Assembly (NCBI GenBank): GCA_963783645.1
Contig: CAWAOH010000010.1
Coordinates: 26,818 to 90,817 of the forward strand
DNA: 64,000 nt
Direction of reading: 5' to 3'
Source of the DNA: Candidatus Bathyarchaeota archaeon
Lineage (GTDB): Archaea > Thermoproteota > Bathyarchaeia > 40CM-2-53-6
The translations under genes were made by a program, and so were the position numbers. Positions 9,733-19,345 of the stretch are shown one piece after another. Positions within the stretch are counted from its first letter, which is position 1. Every line of letters starts with the position of its first letter. The notes below the pieces were generated by a model. That model did not search any database. It was not told the DNA's origin and saw only the letters and a program-made list of their open reading frames with translations.

Positions 9733-10561
9733 TTGAGAAGTGTATTCTGCGAAGTCTTGGGTGCCGAGCTGAAGCTTGCGGGAATTCCTCGTCGCATAAT
9801 TAGCCTCAGCCCAGCTGCGACAGAGACATTGTTCGAACTGGGGCTCAGTGAAAATATCGTTGGCGTGTCGGCTTTCTGTGTTCACCCAGCAGAGGCTAGG
9901 TTAAGACAGGTGCTCGGGAGCTACAGTACAGTAGACTTTTCGAAACTCAGTGAACTGAAACCGGATCTGATCTTCACAGTAACAGGTTACCAGCGAGCTT
10001 TGGCCTTAGAACTCATGAAGCGTGGTCTCCCAGTATATACGGTAGAATTACCCGTGAGTGTCGCCGGAATTCTTGACTTTATCACGAAAATAGGACTCGT
10101 AGCGGGTATGGCTGAAACGCGTGCGACAGATAGTACAAGATCTTCTGTCAATACTTGCAAGAACGCCGAAAACAATTGGTACCCCTAATGTGTATGTGGA
10201 GATTGACTTCGCGGAACCTGTGACGTTCGGCGCATACAGCTATATTACCGACGCAATCGCGCTGCTTGGAGGCCATAACATATACGGAACGGAACCTTCA
10301 GAATGGCTCAGGCCGGACTTCAACCGAGTAGCCCAGATCGATCCCGATGTAATTCTCTACGAGGCCAAAATGTTCAAACCTTTCACGGAAAGCGATCTAG
10401 CTAGACTGATTCAATCCAGAAGCTGGAACAATATTAGAGCAGTCAGAAGCGGACGCTTATTCTTGGCACCGCGGCCATACGATTTTCTTGCTCATCATGG
10501 CCCAAGTTTCATCACGCAAGCAATTCCTTGGGTATCCGAACGGCTAAGAACGGATCGTTAA
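9733..10561 (+). CDS. BtuF/TroA-like (class 8 periplasmic-binding-fold) cobalamin/Fe-siderophore binding protein, interrupted by a frameshift (9733..10188 + 10121..10561)
   Basis: 'RIISLSPAATETLFELGL', 'KPDLIF' and 'DPDVILY' are typical of the family. The frames rejoin ('GMAERVRQIVQDLL') if the AAA run at 10115-10117 is shortened by one. Confidence 0.65.
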
Positions 10562-10596
10562 GGTATCGTCCTCGCTTTCATTCATGACTTGACAAG

Positions 10597-10670
10597 CATG
10601 GCTATTGACCAGCGTGTGAAAGCGAAAGTTATTGCTAAATTGCCAAAAGAGTCTTCTATTGGAATTTTAG
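10597..10670 (+). pseudogene. decayed fragment of a second copy of the 9110..9652 membrane-protein gene
   Basis: Nucleotide similarity to 9341..9423 ('cagcgtgt[tg]aaagcgaa[ga]gt..ttgctaa', 'ag-tcttcta[ct]tggaattt') with a ~20-nt internal deletion. Peptide 'DQRVKAKVIAKL' versus 'EQRVKAKVTAKL'. Confidence 0.5.
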
Positions 10671-10868
10671 CTGCCCATAATCGAGAGCAGGTTAGGAACC
10701 CCCCCCAGCATGCTCTACATGTGATCGAAACCACTTCGATCGACTACCTGATTGCGCGCATTCCCGCGTACATGAACCTATAGGTTACCTGTGCGTTTTT
10801 TTGTCACGCGAAACGTTGAGAAGCGGAAGAGCGAGACAGCTTCTCCAGAGGCATACAGGTAGTAATAA

Positions 10869-11540
10869 ATGGTCACAATTCCTAAGCCTTGGCAGCGGCG
10901 GCGCAGTAAACCGATGCCAAGCAGCAAGCACTCGAAAATCATCGGCAAGTTTGTTGAAGTCTCGAAGGAGACGACAAGACGAAATGGAAAATTGTTCGTC
11001 TTCTTCATGGGTGCTGAACACTGTCCTTACTGTGCGGCAGAGCGTTGGGCTATCGTCAGAGCTCTATCCAAATACGGCCAATGGAGCGGTCTGAAACAAA
11101 CCATGAGCGCCGCCCGAGACGAGCCTTTTCTCAATCTGCCGACTTACGATTTGACTGAAGCGACCTACACAAGCCCTCATGTTGAATTTGTTTCTCGCGA
11201 GACTAAGGATAGAGACTTCAAGCCTCTTCAGAAGCTATTGAAGACTGAAGAGAAGACAGTCCGTAAGTATAATCCGCAGAAGAATATTCCCTTTCTGCTG
11301 ATAGGAGGAAGATTCATGCAACTCGAAGCTGGATTCTCACCAAAGATCTTCATTGGTCATACATTCAGACAAACAGAAACTGAACTCAAGAAGATCGAAT
11401 CTGAGATAAGAAAGACAATCGATGATGAGGCCAACATCATATCTGCGCTTATGTGCGTGTCAGGTCTACCACCAGAACTCTGCAAAGAAACTGGAGTCGC
11501 TGAACTAGTCTCTCAGATTAACTCGAAATTACCTGATTAA
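10869..11540 (+). CDS. DUF929-type thioredoxin-fold protein with CPYC motif
   Basis: 'FFMGAEHCPYCAAERWAIVRALSKYGQWSG' is the hallmark block I associate with archaeal DUF929. No N-terminal TM segment is visible in this frame. Confidence 0.6.
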   Translation: MVTIPKPWQRRRSKPMPSSKHSKIIGKFVEVSKETTRRNGKLFVFFMGAEHCPYCAAERWAIVRALSKYGQWSGLKQTMSAARDEPFLNLPTYDLTEATYTSPHVEFVSRETKDRDFKPLQKLLKTEEKTVRKYNPQKNIPFLLIGGRFMQLEAGFSPKIFIGHTFRQTETELKKIESEIRKTIDDEANIISALMCVSGLPPELCKETGVAELVSQINSKLPD

Positions 11541-11569
11541 TAGCACGGATGACTAGTACTATATTGGAT

Positions 11570-11983
11570 TCAAACGAGTCGTAGAGTTGACGGATGAAAT
11601 TGAAGAGCCAGCGCAACTAATATCATCAGCTCAATTATGTCGAATCCTATAACGCCTTCGATACTTCTGTTCCTAATGTGACTCAGCCACTTCTCGAACT
11701 TTCGGCTCAAAGCAGCTTGAAACACTGCTAGGTGAACAATTCCAAGGAATGCAATCAGAGTAAGGAAAACCAATCTTTTTGGAAAGAAAATCATCCAAAC
11801 GATCAGAAGCGAAAAGTAGTAGAATATCTCAATTCCCAATCCCCCTTTGAGGAGGATCTTCGAATTCGTGAAATGTTGCTGCCGAGTCAAATCAACAATA
11901 TCGATCCATTCAGCGATGTGGATGATTATTATGGCAAATGCTGAGAAGAATATTGCTGGCTCAACTATATCGGCATAAAGCAA
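11570..11983 (-). CDS. membrane protein, unknown function
   Basis: 137-aa ORF with four hydrophobic helices; no motif recognised. Confidence 0.4.
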   Translation of the reverse strand: MLYADIVEPAIFFSAFAIIIIHIAEWIDIVDLTRQQHFTNSKILLKGGLGIEIFYYFSLLIVWMIFFPKRLVFLTLIAFLGIVHLAVFQAALSRKFEKWLSHIRNRSIEGVIGFDIIELMILVALALQFHPSTLRLV

Positions 11984-12000
11984 CGCCCATCTCCTAGAGG

Positions 12001-13224
12001 CTACTTTGCCTCGGGAGCTGGAGCTATTTGTATCAAGTCATTTCTTCTATGCTCGAGGAACCCTTCCCGTAACCCCCGCCTCAAGTAGTATGGGTTCCTT
12101 TCCCGCTTCTTCTTATTACACAACTTGACCACAAACGGAAGGCCAGGTTTCGCCTGATCAATAGGCGCCGCCTCTATCGCTCTCGCTTTAACAGCGCTGT
12201 CAAAGAGTTTCTGACCAAGCTCGGAACGGACAATGACCGTCGTCCAACCATCAGGTGAGCCAACAGCGCCAACCGAGATGTCCGCGAGTTCTGCAACATA
12301 GTCGATACAGTAATGACATGGGGGGCTCATATACGGCTCTAGATCTTTGGTAGACACATCGAGAACCACGTCTGCTCCGACGTAGACCTTGAAGCGATTT
12401 CGCTTGATTACCGTCCTAGTGATCTTTGATGGGTCTATGCCGTGCTGCTTCTGAATGAACTCTGTCACCAACTTATCGTGAGTGTAAACCTTGGAACAGA
12501 AGAGTCCTATTGTCAAAACGGGTCGACCTCCTCTTATCCAAGAACCACCGAACTTGACAGTGGCTTGAGTTGCCGTATGCATTCTCCAGACTCCTTGGAG
12601 TTCGCAAGGTAACGCAACCATACCGACGTGCGCATCAGGATATGATGCGGCCGCATCCGAAAGAACGCCCAAGACTCCTCCGTGTGTATACTTTGATCCG
12701 GCAGTCCTAACCAGATCAGCGGCAGTATCCCCGACAACTGGTACAGTCTTAAGAGCCATGCCGCTGCCCAAAACGAATACTGAGTTCGACTTGGTGAAGT
12801 CAGAGGTCGCGAAGCAGTTGATCAATCCGATCTGGAGTGCGTGTGTCATAAGCGCAATGACTGTGCCGCCGTCCTGACCAGCGTGCCAAATTTCCTCATC
12901 TAATGCCCTCGCGGAATAGATGTTCTTATAGATTCCAAGGGATTCTTCCTCAGGTCTTCTGGTCCTTCCAAACAAGAAGTATTCAATCTCATCTATTGGT
13001 AATTCGAGTCTCGGACAGCTATAGTAGCAGACCTGGCAAGCAGCACATGGACCCTTTATCACTGGTTCCTCATTCACATTCACATTGAGCACATTGATGG
13101 GGCATGATGCAACACAAGCACCGCACATCATGCAGTGATTTGCACGCACCACTTCGTTGAAGAGATGCCCCCATATCTTCGCATTTTTCGGAGGAGACCA
13201 GCCATCAGTCATGATGATGCACAC
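12001..13224 (-). CDS. FrhB/FdhB-family (coenzyme F420 hydrogenase/dehydrogenase beta subunit-like) protein with N-terminal 2x[4Fe-4S] ferredoxin domain
   Basis: Two 'CxxCxxCxxxCP' motifs ('CMMCGACVASCP', 'CAACQVCYYSCP') followed by an FrhB-like body ('GQDGGTVIAL', 'VALPCELQG', 'IGLFC', 'PCHYCIDYVAELADISVGA'). Confidence 0.7.
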   Translation of the reverse strand: MCIIMTDGWSPPKNAKIWGHLFNEVVRANHCMMCGACVASCPINVLNVNVNEEPVIKGPCAACQVCYYSCPRLELPIDEIEYFLFGRTRRPEEESLGIYKNIYSARALDEEIWHAGQDGGTVIALMTHALQIGLINCFATSDFTKSNSVFVLGSGMALKTVPVVGDTAADLVRTAGSKYTHGGVLGVLSDAAASYPDAHVGMVALPCELQGVWRMHTATQATVKFGGSWIRGGRPVLTIGLFCSKVYTHDKLVTEFIQKQHGIDPSKITRTVIKRNRFKVYVGADVVLDVSTKDLEPYMSPPCHYCIDYVAELADISVGAVGSPDGWTTVIVRSELGQKLFDSAVKARAIEAAPIDQAKPGLPFVVKLCNKKKRERNPYYLRRGLREGFLEHRRNDLIQIAPAPEAK

Positions 13225-13362
13225 CCGAATTCCACTAGAACGAGAAAAGCTCAGATATGAATACTTTCTTCTGTTCTAAAGCAGACGAACAATTGTGCCA
13301 TTTCTTTCCCGCCTTCTCCATATCTGAAGGGATGTGGCCGCATTTCGGAGTCTGCTTTTGAA

Positions 13363-13953
13363 TTATCTTCCATATAACCCAGAGAGTTGCAGGGCTTTCT
13401 TCAGGACATTATCAAACAGTTTCTTGAATCTTCCATCGGTCAATGATTTCTCGAGATCGTCATAATTGGTCAGGTCGACGCCGTATGCATCTGCATACTC
13501 CTCATCAAGTAATCCGCTATCCAAAGGGTGTCGATCAAGCATCGAATATGACACTGCCTTATGGAGAATCGTCACGAAAATGCTAGTAATCGCGCCCGTT
13601 CTAAGCAGCTGCTCGCGTTGGTCGATATATGGACAATCGGCATATTGTTTAATGTTGCAAGATTTCTTGTCATCGTTGAATAATCGCGAATAAACTTGAG
13701 ATACAGTGTTCCGAAAGTCTGTGTCGAGGGCTCGTTCTTCAACATGCTTGGTTGATGAAGTCGGTAGTTGGTCCTTGGTTTGTTGAAGTATTATCTGAGC
13801 TCGCTCAGCATCCTTCACCCAGTGATCTCTCGACCACAATATGCAGGACCATTCGCACTTCTGTTCGATCTCCGTTCCTAGTTGCATCTGTGTTGCAAAT
13901 TCCATCGCATATCGGGATGCGATATCCATTGGGCGCTCGCTTTGTTGTTTCAT
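13363..13953 (-). CDS. hypothetical protein
   Basis: 196-aa ORF occupying its own interval; no motif recognised. Confidence 0.4.
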   Translation of the reverse strand: MKQQSERPMDIASRYAMEFATQMQLGTEIEQKCEWSCILWSRDHWVKDAERAQIILQQTKDQLPTSSTKHVEERALDTDFRNTVSQVYSRLFNDDKKSCNIKQYADCPYIDQREQLLRTGAITSIFVTILHKAVSYSMLDRHPLDSGLLDEEYADAYGVDLTNYDDLEKSLTDGRFKKLFDNVLKKALQLSGLYGR

Positions 13954-14012
13954 GTGAAATTGAACCCTTCGCTGATCAATTATGTCTTGTTAGTTATTTC
14001 CCGTTTTGACTC

Positions 14013-15054
14013 CTAACGTACCTTTGCTCCAGTGAGTTCGCCGATAGACTTCAGGTTAGCATTTCTAACCAATTGAATGAGTTCACGGTTAATGCCTGCG
14101 ATTATTCCGGGACCTCTGTAGATCAATCCGGTGTAAAGCTGAACAGATGAGGCGCCAGATTCAAAGGCCTGCCATGCGTCAATCCCAGAAAAGATCCCTC
14201 CGCATGCATTGATAGGCAGTTTTCCTCCTGTATATCGGTAAACATCTCGCACGATACGGAGCATATCCTCGAAAATCTCTTTTCCGCTAAGGCCGGCAGT
14301 TCCGATGCTAGATCGTTCTTCAGGTATACGTTTCGTATTGATTGCTGTTATTCCATCGACCGAATTCTTTCGACAGATATCTACTAATCCAAGGACATTT
14401 TCCCTTTCTTTTCCGTTGAAGTATGGAGGGATTTTCACCCAAAGTGGTCTCTCTGATCGGATCTTGGTTATTGAATTGAGCAGCTGATCGAGGACTCCGG
14501 CATCTTGGAAGATTCTGACTCCCATCGTGTTCGGTGTGCTAATGTTCAATTCTATTCCATCCTGCGAGGGGGTCTAATTTGCGGTAACATAAGGAAAATT
14601 CATCAATGCTTAGTCCAGAGATGCTCAGAATGAGCGCGCCATTTCGCTTTCTCGCCTTCAGAATATTCTCTGCTACGCTCTCTGACCCATTGTTCGGTAA
14701 GCCCATTGAGTTAAGCAAAGATCTATTGCGATAACGCCACATCCTAGGTTTTGGGTTGCCATCGCGTCGTTCCGCGGTCACAGTTCCTAAGGTCAGATAC
14801 CCGAAACCCATACAGAATAGGGAGCTCATCATCTCACAATTCTTGTCAAAACCTGCTGCCAGACCGACAGGGGTCTTCAATGAGAGCGGACCTACATTTA
14901 CACGCAGGCTTTCGTCATCAACCGTGAGGTGGCTACGGACGACTTGCCAAATCAGTGGTTGTGTGAAGAATACCTTCGCGATCCCGTGAGCGGTTTCTGG
15001 TGATGTAAGAAATAGAGCAGGCCTGGCGATTGATTCGTAAAGATTTAACGGCAA
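14013..15054 (-). CDS. pyrD: dihydroorotate dehydrogenase, interrupted by a 1-nt frameshift (14539..15054 + 14013..14549)
   Basis: 'GLAAGFDKN', 'NSMGLPNNG', '(E)LNISTPNT', 'PLWVKIPP', 'GLSGKEIF', 'NACGGIFSG'. The frames rejoin if the G5 run at 14568-14572 (C5 on the coding strand) is shortened by one. Confidence 0.8.
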
Positions 15055-15327
15055 GCTCTCTACTCGTGTTTCTAGTTAGTTCACCAGCTTCAATATGGTT
15101 TCTGTTTTACTCGCGAACTCGTCGCTAATCCGCGGATAGTGCTTGGATCTTGGTTATTTTGACGCCTAACCCAAGCGTCTTCTCTTCATGATTATTCGAT
15201 ATATCGGAATGAATTGCTTATGCCTGTACGTGGTCTTACGTGTAGAGACCCCACCTACTCCAGATTTGTTCTCACTGTTGATAATTGTTGAAGTCGCTAT
15301 TATACAGCAGAACACCAGTAGCTGCGG

Positions 15328-15870
15328 ATGAAGATGATCAAACAGACCACCACTACGCTTTCTGAAATAATGACTACTAAAGTGATAACGGTGGACATTA
15401 GTGAGCGTGTTGAAGAAGCTCTTCGTCTAATGATAAAGTTCGACGTCGGCAGCGTCATCGTAACGGATAAACAAAGACCCGTTGGAATTATCACTGAACG
15501 CGACATAACACGAGTATCACTTCGGGGAGACAGCTTGCTTAGGATTCCTGTTCGAGGACTCATGTCCAAGCCAGTGCAATCTGTAGCTCCAGACACGGAA
15601 GTATGGAAGGCCTTCGAGATCATGCTAAAGCTGGGAGTGCGTCGTCTTCCTGTGGTCGACGATGAGAAGCTTGTCGGAATGGTTACAGAGAAAGATCTGA
15701 CTCGATGGGTCCTACGTATTTTCTATGAGCCGAGTCTGCCAGAAGAAATACGCACACTGGTTCAGAATCCGCGAATCGAAGCCCTAACAGGACGGCCAAG
15801 ATGCCCGAACTGCGGAAACTATCAAGATGAATGTGTTTGTGTGAGAACGGCCGTGTCTCCAGAGGAGTGA
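15328..15870 (+). CDS. CBS-pair protein with C-terminal Cys-rich (Zn-ribbon-like) tail
   Basis: Two CBS units plus 'CPNCGNYQDECVCV' at the C-terminus. Confidence 0.7.
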   Translation: MKMIKQTTTTLSEIMTTKVITVDISERVEEALRLMIKFDVGSVIVTDKQRPVGIITERDITRVSLRGDSLLRIPVRGLMSKPVQSVAPDTEVWKAFEIMLKLGVRRLPVVDDEKLVGMVTEKDLTRWVLRIFYEPSLPEEIRTLVQNPRIEALTGRPRCPNCGNYQDECVCVRTAVSPEE

Positions 15871-15875
15871 GCCCT

Positions 15876-16166
15876 TCATTTTACTGAGTAAACTGAGTAG
15901 ATTATCGCGATAAATCCTATTACGGTTACCAAAGTGCTGGCGAGTAATGCTACTATCAAGTCTGACTGAACGATCACGTAAAGAATTCCTTCAACCATCG
16001 TAGCTGCTGTTATAAGGGCAAATCCTAGGGCAACATACAGCAGCGGTTTGCTAGCATTTCTCCGATAGCCTTTGTAAGCCAGATATACGATAAATGTTCC
16101 CAGAACGAGCGCGAAAAGTTTAATGACAGTTACGAACCAATCCGTCTCTGAAAATACTCTGACCAT
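15876..16166 (-). CDS. small three-TM membrane protein, co-transcribed with the wHTH regulator
   Basis: 96-aa hydrophobic ORF 13 nt downstream of 16180..16572. Confidence 0.5.
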   Translation of the reverse strand: MVRVFSETDWFVTVIKLFALVLGTFIVYLAYKGYRRNASKPLLYVALGFALITAATMVEGILYVIVQSDLIVALLASTLVTVIGFIAIIYSVYSVK

Positions 16167-16179
16167 GATTCATTTTCCT

Positions 16180-16572
16180 CTAAACTTTCGGGATCGAATT
16201 CCACATTCTCGTAAATTTGTCTGCCACATGTTCATTGACGAGTACTTCTATCCGTACGTCTCCATTCTCGAAACCTACGTCTATGCGTCTGAGTAGGCTT
16301 CTATACAAATCGTACCATTTTCCATCTGTCGTCCGTCCGGATTTGACGGCAGCGATTAGACCTGCTTCAACGAGTTCCTCAATTCGTCGGTAGACTGTGG
16401 TGATGGGTATTTGGTATGTCTTGCTCAGATCTAGTGCACTGACTGGCTCAGCCACAGTGGCGGTCAGAATCTTACGCGAGTACTGATCAGCCATGGCTGA
16501 TAGTATACGTTGCTTTGCTAGATCTTCGTTGACTATCAATGTGCTCGATTCCGATGCATGATTATACAGCAC
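16180..16572 (-). CDS. ArsR-like winged-helix transcriptional regulator
   Basis: 'YSRKILTATVAEPVSALDLSKTYQIPITTVYRRIEELVEAGLI' is a typical wHTH. Confidence 0.65.
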   Translation of the reverse strand: MLYNHASESSTLIVNEDLAKQRILSAMADQYSRKILTATVAEPVSALDLSKTYQIPITTVYRRIEELVEAGLIAAVKSGRTTDGKWYDLYRSLLRRIDVGFENGDVRIEVLVNEHVADKFTRMWNSIPKV

Positions 16573-16698
16573 TCATCTACATCTAGGATTAAAATATCAT
16601 CATCATTCAAAGAACAGGCTCCGTATAGTCTAATCTTTGCAAGACTGTGCGCTTTGTTATGGTTCCAGAAAAGGGGAGAACATACACTAGGGTCTACG

Positions 16699-17163
16699 CT
16701 AATCCTCAGAACAATTAGGATTAGGTAGGATGACTGTGAGGTTTCCCGTTACGGCAGCAAGCTGGAAGATACTCGTCATCTATATCTTCTCTAACTTCCT
16801 TCTCCTCTACCACGAAGCCCTCCCGAAATTACTTCTCAAACGTCTTAAAGCTTTGCTCTATCAAAGTACATCAGCAGTAGACGTAGATCTAACAGATAGC
16901 CGCCGCCATGCGGAAGCGCCATTCCGATGGCTGCAGCGATGAGTCTATTCGGTTCATTAGTATCAATTCGACTCATAACACAAAGAGCTAACCCTTTGTC
17001 CTTTGACAGGACAGTACATCCGGGTGGAAGGATGCTTGAGACATAAACGAGATTGCAGAAGGCTATCCCAGCGTCGAAGTGCTAGCTCGAAACTTGCGAG
17101 TCTCTCCCTGTGAATGCCTACCCCTTTGGTGAGAAATATCTTGTCAGGAATGTTATTGTTCAC
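16699..17163 (-). pseudogene. pdaD: pyruvoyl-dependent arginine decarboxylase, multiply frameshifted
   Basis: N-terminus 'IPDKIFLTKGVGIHRERLASFELAL'. After a shift it reads 'DAGIAFCNLVYVSSILPPGCTVL...VMSRIDTNEPNRLIAAAIGMALP' (the self-cleavage 'SS' site is present). The C-terminal third is only readable by hopping through two more frames and past stop codons. Confidence 0.55.
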
Positions 17164-17361
17164 AGACTTGTCCTGAGTTACTGAACAGACGTGCTCTTGT
17201 CACTACTCTTCCTAATTATGGTAATGGTCTATCGATAAACTCTACAAAAGGCGCAGTACCATCGTCCATACCATACCTCTAAGCAGCTGCCGCATGTAGG
17301 GCATTTTCTGCGCCATGTGTTAGGTGGCAAACTTTCTTCCTAATTCAAAGCGAACAGATTT

Positions 17362-18348
17362 CTAAGCCAGTTTCGCGCCACAGTTGTGGCAGAAAGAGGC
17401 ACCTGCGGCAACAATACTGTTGCATTTTGGACACTGTCGACCAGGTGCGGGACTAGGCTGAGCCTGTGAGCTCAGGTTCTGACCACAGTTTGGACAGAAC
17501 TTGGATGTTGACGGGATATGTGCTTGACAGTTCGGGCATACTATGAGTGCAATTGCAACACCAGACCCACTTTGAGTTGTTTGGAACAAGGGGGGCACGA
17601 GAACCATTCCTGCTCCGAACGCTGCTCCGCCACCAGTCGATTTGCCTAGTTCCTTTGCAGCTTCCTTGACGGTTTCCATTCTGATCACTTCTTCGGAAGA
17701 GACTTGGCCGGTTTTCAACCAGAATAATCGATCCCGGAATTCAGGTGTGGTATCAATGCCTTCAAACTTAAGATCAATCATTTGAACTCCGATTCGCTTG
17801 AAATAATCGACCAAATTCACCTTTACTTCGGTAGAAGTCTCGTCAAGTTTCGTGAAGACCGTTTGAAGATCGTACTTTGAAAGAATGTCAATCATTTTCT
17901 CATTTATGAATCCTCTCAGGTAATTGTTCACGTCGGGCGTTGTGTATGCGTTCTGACCTCCTACAACCTCATTCACGAATATTGCTGCGTCCTCAACCTT
18001 GAAGAAGAAGGATCCGAAGGTCAAAAGTGGTGCAAGTTCAGTTGTTTGTGCGCGATTACCGAATTTTCCTGTAAACTGTTTGTTCGAAGCGAAAATCACG
18101 CTCGCCTTGAACGGTGTCTGCTGGAAACCTGCAATTCGAGAAATGACTTTCGTCAATAAGGGAAGGTTTAGTGTTGTCAGCGTATGTCTTCCTGGACCTA
18201 GTGTATCGTAGCTTTTGCCGTCCCGGAAGAAGACCGCCATCTCATACTCATGGACTATGACCTGTGCTCCCCAGAGAATATTCTCCTCGGGGTACCTCCA
18301 CACGATATCATCTTGTCCTGCCGACGTCCATTCGATTACTTGGGGCAT
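17362..18348 (-). CDS. SPFH/band-7 family protein with C-terminal double zinc ribbon (YdjI / COG4260-like)
   Basis: N-terminus 'IEWTSAGQDDIVWRYPEENILWGAQVIVHEYEMAVFFRDGK' and the following body match the YdjI-type SPFH fold. The C-terminus carries 'CPNCQAHIPSTSKFCPNCG' and 'CPKCNSIVAAGASFCHNCG'. Confidence 0.75.
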   Translation of the reverse strand: MPQVIEWTSAGQDDIVWRYPEENILWGAQVIVHEYEMAVFFRDGKSYDTLGPGRHTLTTLNLPLLTKVISRIAGFQQTPFKASVIFASNKQFTGKFGNRAQTTELAPLLTFGSFFFKVEDAAIFVNEVVGGQNAYTTPDVNNYLRGFINEKMIDILSKYDLQTVFTKLDETSTEVKVNLVDYFKRIGVQMIDLKFEGIDTTPEFRDRLFWLKTGQVSSEEVIRMETVKEAAKELGKSTGGGAAFGAGMVLVPPLFQTTQSGSGVAIALIVCPNCQAHIPSTSKFCPNCGQNLSSQAQPSPAPGRQCPKCNSIVAAGASFCHNCGAKLA

Positions 18349-18352
18349 TCAA

Positions 18353-18894
18353 CTAAACCTCCACACCTTCAATGATGGTCTTCCTATTGTCAAAAGCGAC
18401 TTCGAGTTGACTAATCGAATCGTCCAAGCTCTGTTCAACATTCCGAGCGGCCTCAAACTTATTCTGTGAAAGATCTGTCTCGAAAGTAGATATCGACTCC
18501 GCGAGTTTTTTTGCCATATCCATCATCTGAGCGTCGTATATGAGCATCTGATCCAACTGAGGAGCATCGATTCTAACTGAGTCAAAGAATCCTGCGTATC
18601 CGTACGCTGCCCGATTTACTTTCTCAGCAACTCTGTCAAGCTTTGCAATGAGCCGATTCATCAGGTCCATTACTTCTGCAACTTTAGAATCGCTTAGCAT
18701 CTGAAAACATCGCATAAGGCTGTCCCTCGATCTTTCAATCTCTCCGTACACATGGTTTCTAACTATTCTATCTGCTTCCGTCTCTGCTCTCGAACCTGAT
18801 AGCCGCGGAAGCCAGGAATCCCAATCATCAGACGTTCGAGAAGTCTCTCGCTCTCTTGGACTCTTTCCAGCGGAGTCTTCCCCGACAAAGTCAA
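18353..18894 (-). CDS. coiled-coil protein, middle gene of the SPFH cassette; probably frameshifted near 18776
   Basis: ORF 18353..18751 (GTG). A second frame upstream reads '...ERLMIGIPGFRGYQVREQRRK' and joins '(A)DRIVRNHVYGEIERS...' if one base is added at ~18775-18778. Start is ATG 18828 or TTG 18894. 4-nt gap to the SPFH gene. Confidence 0.45.
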
Positions 18895-18954
18895 ATCTCT
18901 AAGGTCAGACGCCGTTGTCCGCTATTAAGCGTTTAAACCGGGTCTCAGGCGAGA

Positions 18955-19281
18955 TCACAGGAGTTTGAAATCCGTGCTAGGTAGATCTCCCGTTATGACC
19001 TGGGCAGATGATCCGTCCAAGATGACTTGGTACCTCGAATTCCTGTAGACGTATGTAACAAACCATACTGGTGCGTGAAGATAGAAGCTGCCCGTAGTGT
19101 TGAATTGAGTCTTGATCTCGACAACACGATCTATCTTCTCTTTGGTCAAGTACTCATGTAGATTCTCTATTTCATCACGAGCTTGTGCAACTGCTTCATC
19201 AGAAGTCATTTCACTATTGAGGACCTTTGCATCTCCTTGGATTCTGCTGAAGTCGAATGGTATTTTTCCGCTCAAAGACAA
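18955..19281 (-). CDS. C-terminal half of a Zn-ribbon protein (YdjG-like?), possibly one gene with 19346..19711
   Basis: 'LHAPVWFVTYVYRNSRYQVILDGSSAQVITGDLP' resembles the C-terminal block of Zn-ribbon proteins encoded next to ydjI-type genes. The ORF has only a TTG start and a stop just upstream. Confidence 0.4.
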   Translation of the reverse strand: MSLSGKIPFDFSRIQGDAKVLNSEMTSDEAVAQARDEIENLHEYLTKEKIDRVVEIKTQFNTTGSFYLHAPVWFVTYVYRNSRYQVILDGSSAQVITGDLPSTDFKLL

Positions 19282-19345
19282 GTGGTAGGATCACGTAGGG
19301 AAGTTGCTTTGTCTTCGAGCCAGCACAAGCCAATCGTAACGATTC

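Noticed and set aside
16730-16942. 70-aa + strand ORF.
   Set aside because: It lies antisense to the recognisable pdaD remnant, and its sequence has no protein-like features.
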